Source: Daphnia carinata
Taxonomy: Eukaryota
Direction: 5' to 3'
DNA length: 64,000 nt
NCBI RefSeq assembly: GCF_022539665.2
Contig: NC_081332.1
Location: forward strand, 5,022,001 to 5,086,000
Shown: piece after piece, positions 1 to 30,024 of the stretch
How positions within the stretch are numbered: position 1 is the stretch's first letter
Layout: each line of letters begins with the position of its first letter
Notes under the pieces: generated by a model
Told to the model about the DNA's origin: nothing
What the model saw: only the letters and a program-made list of their open reading frames with translations
The model's database searches: none
Position numbers and translations under genes: made by a program

Positions 1-15586
<15,586 letters not shown>

Positions 15587-16487
15587 CTGAGGCCATAGTT
15601 TTGTTTTCTGTTGAATAGCACAACTCATTTTCTCAACATATCTTTTATGTTTCTTTTACATAATTCCTACCCCACCTAAAACACCTCTCTCCCCGATGCC
15701 TTGCCCGTCATATTTTACATCGTTTGAAATGTTCTTATTATTATCGGCCATTTTTAATGCATTAGATTTCGAAACCCACCAAAGGTCTGATTCGCTCACC
15801 TTAAATGTATTTTAAAAAAGTAAAAAAAAAAAATTAATTTCTATGTTTCTATTATATTACTACACACATACAGGTGTTTGCGTGTCACACTGTTACTTCT
15901 ATAGGTCAATCATCTCTTACGTTGTTTCATTTGATCTGTCTCCTTATTGCCACGTCTCCCCACTATTTGTACATATTACAAGAAACACACACGTTCGCTG
16001 CAATACAATCTAGGGAAAAACAGCAAAATGAATACAATGTCTAGACAAGAGAGAAAAATCTATATACTACAGGAGAGACGTAGATTCAATTCAGGTCTAG
16101 AAAAAAAAAAGTGGAAAGTCTTGTCAAAACATTCGCTCCATCTCTCTGGCGCAGACTCTTCACATTTCAATTGTTATGTTTCAAGCACTTTTCAAGGAGC
16201 GTGCGAGGGCGTGCCGTTACCATGGTAACGTGAACCCCAGTCCCGACGACCGAATTTCCCGTCATCTTTCGGCTCGCTTGATAATTTCCAACCTTTTTAT
16301 ATATATAAATTTTTTTCTCTTTTTTATTTTCTTCATTTATTTTAGAGAACATCGCAACCCTCCTCCTTTATTCCCCTTTCAAAAGCTCGCGGCATCAATG
16401 CAGAGTCACACACTTGATTAGAATACAAAGGAAGTGTAAGAGACAGAAGAACTTGCCTTTCAAGGGTTTTGGTGGCCTCCTACGTCA

Positions 16488-17474
16488 CTAGCTGCTATAG
16501 ACATCCCAGAGAGATATCAGGGCATCGCTACCTCCGGCAGCCAACAAACCGCTGCCAGGGCCCGCGATGAAGACCAAGCTGTTGACGGCCTCCTCGTGAA
16601 TCTGGAGGACACAAAGCTTTTTATGAGTTCGGGCACTGAAGAAGCGTATTCGCTTGTCCCAGCCGGCTGTGGCGTAGACACGAGAGTCGGATAGGCGGAG
16701 CGCGATGGCGTTCAGACCCGGATTGGTCAACTCGATCGATTTGAGCTCTGTTAGGTTGTCTGCGTTGAAGATGTAAAGAGTTTCGCATGAAGTTCCTAAT
16801 AGAAGTTCATTACGATGGGCATGATGCCCTAGGCAGGTTGGCATGCTCTTGACTCTTGTTCGATGGAGTACGATGTTCTCGTTCCAAATGCAAATGCAAC
16901 CACTTTCGTAGGCGGTTGCTATTTTACTCCGTTGCTCCAACAATTTAATGACCATTAGAGCCCCTTCACCATCATCTATTTTCAGCGTGCTCGTTCGTTC
17001 AAGAGACGATGTATGGTTAATGCTGAAAATATGAACAGAGTTTTTCTCTGCAGGGATGGCTATGATATTTGTCCACAGGTCACACTTGCAGAACCCTTCA
17101 TGGTTGACAAGCAAATGATAAACTGCTATTTCTTTTTCATTCCATACAATTATAGATTCATGTCTTGCTTGAGAAATTATGTATCCAGGTCTGTCATCCA
17201 AAGCTCCAAGCCATACGATTGACCCACTGTGAGCTTGCCAGGTCTTGAATGATCGATATACCTGAAACATGTGTTTCAACTGGTATTTTAAATGTCCATG
17301 TGCATTTGCTTACAAAAGATCTACATTCAAATTCCAAATACTTATGACTCCATTATTCGATCCACTAACGAGCGTTTCTTCACCTCCTTCCTTCATCCGA
17401 AACGTAGCTAAAGCAGTGACTTGTCCACTTTGGTTGTGCAGAATGTGGGTTGGATCTGGTGGTGTTTGAGCCAT
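16488..17474 (-). CDS. GNB1L: WD40-repeat protein, GNB1L/Asa1-like, 2 exons
   Basis: Exon 1 (17474-17325) MAQTPPDPTHILHNQSGQVTAL..SGSNNGVISIWNLN; 63-nt intron; exon 2 (17261-16488) with ATAGWDKRIRFFS..LAAGGSDALISLWDVY. The N-terminal PPDP and the C-terminal ISLWxxY match GNB1L. Confidence 0.82.
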
Positions 17475-17742
17475 CGATCTTATGACAGAATTAAGATTAA
17501 CTTCAACGATAGGGTGTGATATACTTAAACTACTGACCTTAGAAGGTATTTATTTAGACTATGGAAAGTAGAAAGCGGTTTAATTACAACGTGTTTGTAA
17601 AGCATGCAGAACGAGAAAACTTTCAAAAGTCGTCGTCTTTTTTGGAAACTTCACGCCATCTATTGTTTATAGTTCAAGCTTGCATTTGTTACGTCTAGCA
17701 GCTGCAGACTAAAAAGAAGTCTTCTTCAAAAAATCTCCTAAA

Positions 17743-18568
17743 ATGGCCTCGACTGCAGCATGTGAATCTATCGAAGATAGTCTGAAATTATCTGGTAAAA
17801 AGTCTTTCGCAGGCATTCCTGAAGCGACATTTGTGGTAAGTAACCCTCTACCAGTTACAGTGTTCAGTTTTATTTCCGGAAGTACATTATTACTTCGTGC
17901 CGGTGACAGGAAGATGTGGATGCTTACATGAAGGATCGTGAAGGGGTGGAGTCAATACTGCGACAGCTCGACGAACAACATGGTGAGTTATCCTATTATA
18001 GGTGTGTATGATTAAAATTTAACCATGTATTCCTTAGGAAAGTATAAATTTATGGAGCTCAATCTTCTTGCCCGCAAAAAGAAGCTGAAGAGCCAAATTC
18101 CAGACATCCAAAAATCACTCGACATGATCCAAGTCCTAGAAGCAAAAAAGAAAACTAATGAACAAATTGAAACTCACTTTCTGCTGTCAGATCTTCTGTA
18201 TTCTAGAGCTATTATTGAACCAACAGACAAAGTCTGCTTGTGGCTAGGAGTATGAAACATTTAAACTATACAAGATATGTTGTATAAATTGTCTCTCATT
18301 CTAGGCTAATGTGATGTTGGAGTACACTTTAGAAGATGCCAAGGCTTTACTGGAGAAAAATCATGAAACAGCAAGGAAAAATCTTTCACAGGTGCATCAT
18401 GATCTTGATTTCCTAAGGTATTTAATCAATGTAGCTTAGCTTAAGTATTCCAATTTGTAAATGTTTTCTCCAATTTTTTGCAGGGATCAGATGACAACAA
18501 CAGAGGTGAACATGGCTAGGCTTTACAATTGGGATGTCAAAAGAAGACAAGCCCTAAATGCAAAATAA
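17743..18568 (+). CDS. VBP1: Prefoldin subunit 3 (von Hippel-Lindau binding protein 1)
   Basis: Spliced translation contains [44 protein letters not shown] and LDFLRDQMTTTEVNMARLYNWDVKRR. Stop TAA at 18566-18568. Confidence 0.95.
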
Positions 18569-18735
18569 TAATTATTTACAGCTAGCGTGAAAAGATCCAC
18601 TTCAATTGTCCACAATAAAAACAAAAAACCAACTCAGTGTGAAGTTTTTATTCAATAATGAACATGAAATTACATAATAAATGAGTGTTTAATGTCAAGG
18701 CACAAAAGGTAGTGATTTGACAGATGAAAATGGTC

Positions 18736-19204
18736 TCAGTTAATCTGTTCATCCTGATCTGGTGCACTTTGTTCAGAAGGTTCCTCCTTGCTTAAGCTCT
18801 CCACAGCCAAGTATTTTTGAAGTTCAGCAGTGAGTCTTTGATTCTCCTCCCTATTAGTAAAAGTACAATTGTTCATTTGGTTTTATGCAAAGCTGAAAAA
18901 CATGTACTTACTTTAACATCTCAGCTTGTCTCCGAGCAAAATGCAATTCAGTCCTCATGGACTCCAGTTCAGCCTGGTCGGGATGTGCAACACTCAAATG
19001 TGTTTTTAGATACCTAACATGTGGAAGCAATATTCTTACTGTACTGTAGAGTTTTGTTATACTACGCATTAAAACTCGTGGTTACATCAATGCGTCGTTG
19101 GGTTTCTCCGGCTCTTCATACAATCCCACCAAGACTTTGGTCAAGGCGTCCATAACACCTGCCTTCTCCAAATAACGGCGAAATTCGTCACGTTTACTCT
19201 CCAT
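18736..19204 (-). CDS. MYCBP: c-Myc-binding protein (AMY-1), 3 exons; missed by the ORF track
   Basis: MESKRDEFRRYLEKAGVMDALTKVLVGLYEEPEKPNDALMYLKTHL..ELESMRTEL..LKEENQRLTAELQKY. Exon phases fit across two GT-AG introns. A few more N-terminal residues from an upstream exon are possible. Confidence 0.9.
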
Positions 19205-20141
19205 TCCTCAATCAGTTGGTTTTTGAAAATCGTATAAAACGGTTAATCGGAAAGTGTGATTTAAAAAGAAATCAACGAGAAATTTAGAAAACAATTCCCG
19301 AAAGGGGTACAAAAATACGAAACACGTCAGTAGGCAATGGTCTTTGCCGAATTTTCAAAGGGGAAAGAGCAATTGTGTAAATGATCGATAACATTAACAA
19401 TCGATTTCCTCAGTAGCCCTTGCCTCTCTGACGCGTGCATGATAAACAAATTTAAATATTATGATGTGAGTTACTCCCGTTGGCCGTTTTACTTTCAATC
19501 ATGGCGTAAGAAATTTAAAAGAATTTCAATTTTAGAATATTTAAGTTGCAATCTATCAAATTCATCGTGAGTTGCTCTGGTGGCACGATTTCAAAGTAGC
19601 CACTGCTTGCGGCATAATATTCACCAAATATCAAGCGAAAGCAGGAAATACAGCCAATACGTACCCCAACCATATTTGAACCGTTACATTTAAATGCCTG
19701 GACAACCTCCGCTGTTCAAATATGGAAACGAAAGTCAAGGTTGGGATTAGAAGGGCAAATCGTATAAAAAGATGTAAATGATATACTGGATGTAGATCCG
19801 TGTATTGTTCTTCTTGCACTTGTAACACTGCCCAGATTGCAAAAGATGCGTTGTTGCACGCATCGCAGCTGTCAAGAGAGTGTGTAGAAAGCAGAGGCGA
19901 GAACAAAACGGAAAACAAAATATGACCCCTTTTCCTAATGATAATGAACAAAAAACAAGTCGTCACCGGGATTGGACTGACGTTTTATCCCCACACTTTT
20001 TGGTTTGAAGAAAAAAATTAACAAAATGATTTGTGAACTCTTCTGCTTTGAATTTTTTTTGCTGGTTATTGCTCCACTATAAAAAAGCTATGTTCATCCT
20101 CAAACATATTGCATGTTAGACCAAAAAAGGGTCTTAATAGC

Positions 20142-23199
<3,058 letters not shown>

Positions 23200-23698
23200 G
23201 TTCCCTGAAACAATGATATTCTTCGTAAACAAACCTTAATACGAGAAAGAAAACGAAAATGGAATCTCACCCAAGTTCTTCAGCTGTGTTCGCCGAGTAG
23301 CAATCACGACACGACCGTCGGAAGTAGTGCAGGGATGCGTTCAGGCTAACAGCTGGTTATAAAGCCTCTGCTTATGGTTTTGGGTACGTACAACTAAGTG
23401 AAAGGGTGGCAAATTTTAACTCCAGATGGCACCACTTTGTGCGATCTAAAAACTTGGCATGGCTTTTGAAGATTTTTCTATTCAGTGTTATCTTATCTTA
23501 TCGGTTTTCATTTCATAAAATAAACTTCGGATGGCAATGAAATGTCTAGGGCGACACTGATATAGAATGTATTCAACTAGTTTGGGTAATATTTTTTGCT
23601 TCCTTTTCACGTTCAAGCTGTGCGGAGAACATCAGTATAAATCAAGCTTGAGTGGCACAACTATTTGTACCGGACAGTAACAAAATTGTACACGCCTT

Positions 23699-24835
23699 TT
23701 ATGATTTTTGCTGTGTAGGTCGCATCAGTATATCATGGACCTAAGAACATGTTATGCAATATCTCTTTTAACATGCCGCACTATTTGGAAAACAGCTGCA
23801 TGCTCTTACCTGAACGTGGGGCGGTGTACTTAAGATATAGACTACTGAATCAGCTACATCTACCGATTCAATAGGCTTCATCGTCGTAAAAAGGTCTGTG
23901 ACGCTTTGGGCATTACTACTAGTGCTATGCAAAGCATTATCGAAAAAATCTGTTTTCACGAATCCTGGACTGATAGCCTAACGAATTCAATAATAGCACT
24001 CGTTAAACGATTTGTGCTGCATTACAAAACAATTTTTAGGTGGCATACCGCGACTCGGATATTGCTTTTAAGTTCTCTTAGCTCTTGTCTATGACCTTCC
24101 GTCAGAGACCGAACGCAAAATTTAGTGGCGCTGTAAAAATGATTCCCTGGACTAATTGGTACCCGATGGCCTGAAAGACTATGAACCGATATTAAGTTTT
24201 GTATAGTAAGTTAACTCAAACTACGTGGACTTGAATACCTGCTGATGTGAATAATTTGACCATCATCCACTCCACGTTCGCGCATGGAACTCACGGCTTC
24301 CTTGGTGCAAAGGCATAAAGCAATGACATTGACGTCAAGCATAGACTTCCATGCTGAAACCGTAGCCTCTGGGTACATAATGAAAAATAACGACATGAAT
24401 TTAAAAAAAAAATAGAAAGGAAAAAAAATTTATATTTCCAACAAACCAGGGCCAAGAAGCGTGCCGTAATCTCCGAATCCAGCATTATTGATACATACAT
24501 CGACGCCCCCTACATTGCTTTTGATCCATCCAAACAGAGCCAATATCTCTTCTTCTTTGGACAGATCACACTGATATGCATGAAGCTTTCCTTTTGCTGA
24601 TTCTAGTTCTTCACCCAACTGAATTGAATTATTTATCAAAAGAAAACAACATGATGAAAGATACTGGGCATGGATAGTCACTGCTGGAGGGCTTGTTTAC
24701 CTTTCGAATTTTCTCAACATTCCTGGCGCATCCCACAACAACAAGCCCACATTCAACAAGTTTTCGGCAAATAGCAGCCCCAATGCCAGCACTAGCTCCA
24801 GTTACAAGAGCAACCCGTCCAACCCAGCGATCCAT
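23699..24835 (-). CDS. DHRS11: Short-chain dehydrogenase/reductase, DHRS11/farnesol dehydrogenase-like
   Basis: MDRWVGRVALVTGASAGIG (Rossmann fold), CINNAG, ERGVDDGQIIHIS, catalytic YSATK, C-terminus STPPHVQVHDILMRPTQQ. Confidence 0.85.
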
Positions 24836-25375
24836 CTTTAGAAGAAGACTACATTACTTGGACATTCGGGTTAACAGACATAACAAAAATACATTGCAAA
24901 AGCTATGTAAAAAAGGGTTAGTTTAGTTCTTACTGGCTTTTAGAAGTGCTACTTTTTTCCGGGAAACTTAATTTAGTCTTGGCTGTCCACACGTGTTGCT
25001 GGTTAATGATTATCAGATTTAGATGTGTTGCTATGGGAGACAACTGCCGACTGCAACGTTCGCCCGCGCTTATAGATAAAGCACCTGCTGTGTGATTCCA
25101 CACACACGTGCCGGTCGTATGAAATACAGTGATTTCAATATTTGCATCGTGAAAAATCTTAATTTTCAAAATTTTACGCATCATCTCTTTTTTATATAAA
25201 GTGTTTAGTATTAGGACACGAAATATAAAATATAAGACAATATTTGCTCTAAATGTGTTTAAATTATTCTTTTATTTTAAGCTCGAAAATTGGCAACAGA
25301 GTTTAGCAGACTTCAAATTGATACGTTAATAATTGTTTGGCTTTTATCAAGCCAGCGCAACATTGGTAATTTATT

Positions 25376-27547
25376 ATGTCTGTGTTAAGTCCAACTGATA
25401 AACTAATACGTAAACTCCGTAAAAAGCTACGTCAAATTGAAAATCTTGAATTCCTTGGGCGCTCAAATTTAAATGAAGAAGAACTTTTAAAGGTATACAC
25501 GTTCCTATTATCATTAATGTCCTGATTTCAACTTACATTCTTACCACCAAAGGTCAAACAAAAAAATGCCACTAGAATTGAGCTTGCCAAACTTTTAAAA
25601 CAAGGTGGGGAAGGCTGTATGGCTTTTACACCTGAAATTGGTACTCATCTTCCCACAAGTAGCACTGATCAATCAGAGAGCACACCTACTACAATAATAA
25701 CTCCAGAAAAGAAAAATAAACATGAGACCAAAAACAATCTTGAACCATTTCTTGTTTCTGAAGAGCAAGAAAAAGTAAATGCTGTAAAAAATCTTGAACG
25801 GGACTTTGACACATCTGTCTTTATAGAGCCTTTACCATTGCCTGAAACCATGAAGCGTCCCACTCCTGAGTATATTAAAATTGTCAGAACCCTGTATTCA
25901 TTAATATGAAAATATTTTCTTTAGGGAAGCGACACCTTCATTGAGCCCTGAATCTTCAGCTGCCACTGGCACACAGACAAAGAGGCCTAAACCGGAGAAT
26001 TCTACACTCAACAAACCTAGTGAAACCAAATCTAAAATGCACAATACTGCAGGAAAATCTCCTGTTCAAAAATCATGGCATGAAACTCTGTTCCTTCTAA
26101 ATACTCTTGAATCCCACAATGATATTGTGAGTTGTGTTGATTTAGATGAGACCTACATCATCTCAGGAAGGTAATAGAATAATAGCAGTTATAAAATTAA
26201 ATTAAATTTTTAAATTATGGCCTTCCTCTCAGCCGAGATACCTTGGTACAAGTTTGGTGTGCTACAACCGGCTCTGCATTGGTGGACCTACGAGGACATA
26301 CTAATACAGTTACTTGTGTTTCGCTGTTATCGGCCGAAGACTCAAAACGTTTGAATGCGGAGCTGTCTGGAAGTGTTAGTGAAGATACAGGTCCTCGATT
26401 GGCGCTTACAGGTTCCCTCGATTGCTGCATTAAGCTTTGGAACATAGAGAATGGGTCAGCCTTACGTTCCATCTACACATTCAGTGGAGTGACAGCCCTC
26501 TGCTATTCGCCTTCGCATTGTTGCTGCGTCGTAGGAAGTGAAGGAGGGAAATTGGAAACCTATACATTCCTCGAAGAAAACACAAATCCACGTTTTTCCA
26601 TTAAAACTTTCGAGAATTCCGTGTCTCATATAAAGGTAGGCATGGTAATGGATTGGATAAAAATCGATTGCTAATTTAAAGAATTGCGTCTTTTTTTGTT
26701 TTGCTGTAGCTACAAAATGAAAACTTGATTTGCTCGTCCCTTGATGGATTCATTAGTGTATGGTCCATGAAGGGAGCTGAGTTGTGTCGGCTATTCCGGT
26801 CAGATGATCTCGTACCTGAAACTGGCCATGTGATCCGTTGTCGACCAGTCCTTAGCCTTGCTGTGAATTCAGCCCACCCAACAATTTTCTACGGGGATGA
26901 AGGGGCAACAGTTAAAATGTTAAACTGGAAAACTGGTAATTTCAAATTCAATGTGTTAGTTTTATAATGCTTTCTAATTTCTTTTTGTGGTACAGGATGC
27001 GTCAAAAAGCTCAGAAATCACGTTTACGATTTCGGGATAACGAATGCAATTTTTGCAACTAAATCATTCCTTTTCTCTTCGTCCATTAATCTTGACACTG
27101 GAATTTCATCCATTAACATCCGTTCTTTACCCGAGTGTAATTACTTGGGCACGTTGAACGTTTCTGGCATTGAACGCATTTTTTGCCTAGCCGCAATAGA
27201 AGACCAAAACGACAAATTTCTTCGATTGATTGTTGGCGGGACTCAGTTAATGTTGCTAGAAACAAGAAGAATAGGATGTCGTCGCTCTCCGAAGTAAGTT
27301 TATAGAGCATGTAGAAAATGTCAATTTGAACAAGTTAAATGTTTCTCCTTATGTGCACAGGAAAGACAGTTTATTGAAGCCTCAGTTCCTCAATGAATTA
27401 ACTTTACCTGCTGGTGATTCTGAAGATGACTTTAGTAGTTCTTCAGAAGAAGAAATTGAAGAAGATGAGGATGAACGAGCTATCTCAGATGAGTCGGCTA
27501 ATGTAATTGACTCTAAACAGGGGAGCTCCTGGTGCACTATCCTCTGA
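25376..27547 (+). CDS. WD40-repeat protein with N-terminal basic coiled coil, acidic tract and C-terminal CaaX (CTIL)
   Basis: Starts MSVLSPTDKLIRKLRKKLRQIENLE. WD repeats HNDIVSCVDL..ISGSRDTLVQVW, GHTNTVTCVSL..LTGSLDCCIKLWNI and CSSLDGFISVW. Ends SSSSEEEIEEDEDE..SSWCTIL*. Short GT-AG introns. Confidence 0.8.
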
Positions 27548-27862
27548 TCGGTTATCTACTCGCGTATTTTGTTGTTCGTGGAACCTTATTAAGAATCAAA
27601 TCTAAAGCTATAAATAATCCCATTAACCATTACGCAATACTTATTTGTATTTTTAACAAACAAAAAAATGAGAAATAAATTTAGCAAATTAACATTTGTT
27701 AATTTAAAAAGTACGAATCTAATGTGATCGATTCACGCTTCACGAGCTCAAGCAAACAAATGGTAACAGGCAGTTGAAGCTCTCTTGATTGATGTTAAAT
27801 GTCATGTTTCATTAATTGTTCTCTATCTTATCAGTTGGTCGTGCTGGGCGTAATGGTAACTA

Positions 27863-28539
27863 CTACAGGGACATCTCTGGGGATTGTTCCTGTGTTGCAA
27901 GTTCATTGCGATTTTTGGGTTCAATCCACTTAGCATCGTGAATGAGAATTGTATTCATTCCGACCGCAGCAGCGCCATAGATAAGGAAAAGTGAGTCCAG
28001 AGCTATGCGGCTACCTGGATATAAGGCAAGTGTTAGTAAATTTCAAAACGGTAATTTTTTTTTCTTGCCTATTTTTGCTTACAAATGGAATATCCCATAT
28101 AGAAGGTTTCACCACAAGTGTAGCCGGAAGAAATTGTTTTTCCGTACAGGGTCATAGACCAGATGTAAAGTCCAATCATGATTAGCCCACTCATAGTTGA
28201 TAAAATGGAAAACACCAGGACCATTACATTGTGCCTACATGTAACCGAGATAAACAAAACTCTTCCGCATTCTTATTATTCGGTTAAATTGCTTACCTTT
28301 TGATGATGACAACTCCGGTCGTCATTACGAACATTCCTCCCCATAAGCCCGTAGCAGATGTATCCATTGGTAGTCCATACATCACGATGGTTGCATACTA
28401 ATGAATAAATTCAATTACATACATAAAGAAATAGATATCACTTACAAAAAAGTTTCATATGGCACCATACCTCGGTAATAATCATTGTGATTCCCAAAAG
28501 AATATCGAAAATGCCAAAAACTTTCACTCGAGTTTCCAT
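27863..28539 (-). CDS. Small four-transmembrane protein, MS4A/CD20-like, 4 exons
   Basis: Spliced product METRVKVFGIFDILLGITMIITE-YATIV..ATGLWGGMFVMTTGVVIIKR-HNVMVLVFSILSTMSGLIMIGLYIW..C-SRIALDSLFLIYGAAAVGMNTILI..*. It has four hydrophobic segments and a GxWGG motif in TM2. Confidence 0.6.
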
Positions 28540-30024
28540 TTTGATGGTACTTGCGGAATCGAAAGTCGAGATGGACTGAACTATAGACTAGAGGCTTTTT
28601 CACCACATCATAACTGAGAGCTACCTATCATTTTTTAAGACGTTCGATAAAATTGATTTCCTGTCAACGTCACAGACGATTTAAAGTCTGCAGAAACTTA
28701 TCTGTGGGTGATAAACAAACAGTATTTACTGACACTTTTGAACCTATAGTTATCCTATTATCAGGGTCAATCCTACCTCACCAGCCCTTCCTGCTTCTTA
28801 TCTAGTTGAACTAAGGAAGCGATTACAGATTGACGGTTCTATATTCGAATGCTCCTCTTAGACAACCTGGCTTGTTCTGAAGCCAAGACAAGTAAAAAAC
28901 AGGGGGATGACCTAGAATTTTAATTTTGAATTAATTTAACACCTAATGATGTAATTCTTAAAAACATAGTAGTTTCAAAATTAGTTACAAATAAAAACAG
29001 TGTGCATGTAAAGCCACACCAAGCACCAGATGCACACATCCCTCTGCTGATGTAAATGTGATTAGTTGTGCAGAATTTTCATACTGGATTCGGCAGCTTA
29101 TTTCAGTGTAGCAATTTTATTCATTGCAATGAAAATTGTTGCGATCTGATTTAAATTAGGTATGTTGAGAAAATAAATTCCATTCAAGGAAAATTATTGT
29201 TTAGCTTGAATTCCAATTTGACACAAAGTAGTCTAATCTTAATGGATTTTAAAATGGAGGGTTCAGTTTCATACTACTGTGATTTCATTTGAAATTGGCT
29301 ATTCAGCGTTTCTTCCATGACAACCTCTGTACAGTTGTTCGTGTATCGTTGTCGTAAAAATGAGCCAGATACGTTTCCGCGTTCGATTTATTCAAGCAGC
29401 ATACGGAATAGCTAACTTCAATAATCCAAGCATATTATTCTATGTTATAAAAGATAAGGAAAGAAGTAAACTTGCCCGGCCTATCCGGACCACCAGAAAA
29501 AATGCATCAAACTGGCTGTTTTGACTTTCACATTATTTTATTTACTTTAAAACTCAATGAACACGAGGACATGGAACATCATAACAAATATTCCAATTCC
29601 CGCATAAAACTAAGATAGCAAATGATCCCAAAATTGGGAACCAAATGGTTGCGCTAACAGCATAGAAATAAAATGCGCGTTGTAGCTGAATTTCATAATT
29701 TTTACATTCATATTGCAAAAACATCAATTAGACTCACTGTTTCAAACTACAGCCTCATGTACCTTTTTTTGCGAAGAAATTTGTAAAAATTTCTTGCACG
29801 GTTACATGTTTTACAGTTACAGGCTCTCACATGTTCACAGGCTCCAGCTGCCGCCAGGCGCGCATGATCGGACAGCCTTTTTTTATGCTAATTTGCAGAC
29901 GATATAGAAAAGTTTTTTGGTTCATGTTTACATCTTAAACCGCGTTTTAGATCTCTGGCATCCAACAACAATCTAAGGCGCAGTTGGCAATCTTAACAAA
30001 AAATATCAATAAAACTATAATAAC

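Noticed and set aside
29050..29520. Possible minus-strand gene fragment between the MS4A-like gene and MMUT
   Set aside because: Candidate splice sites gave no consistent open frame.
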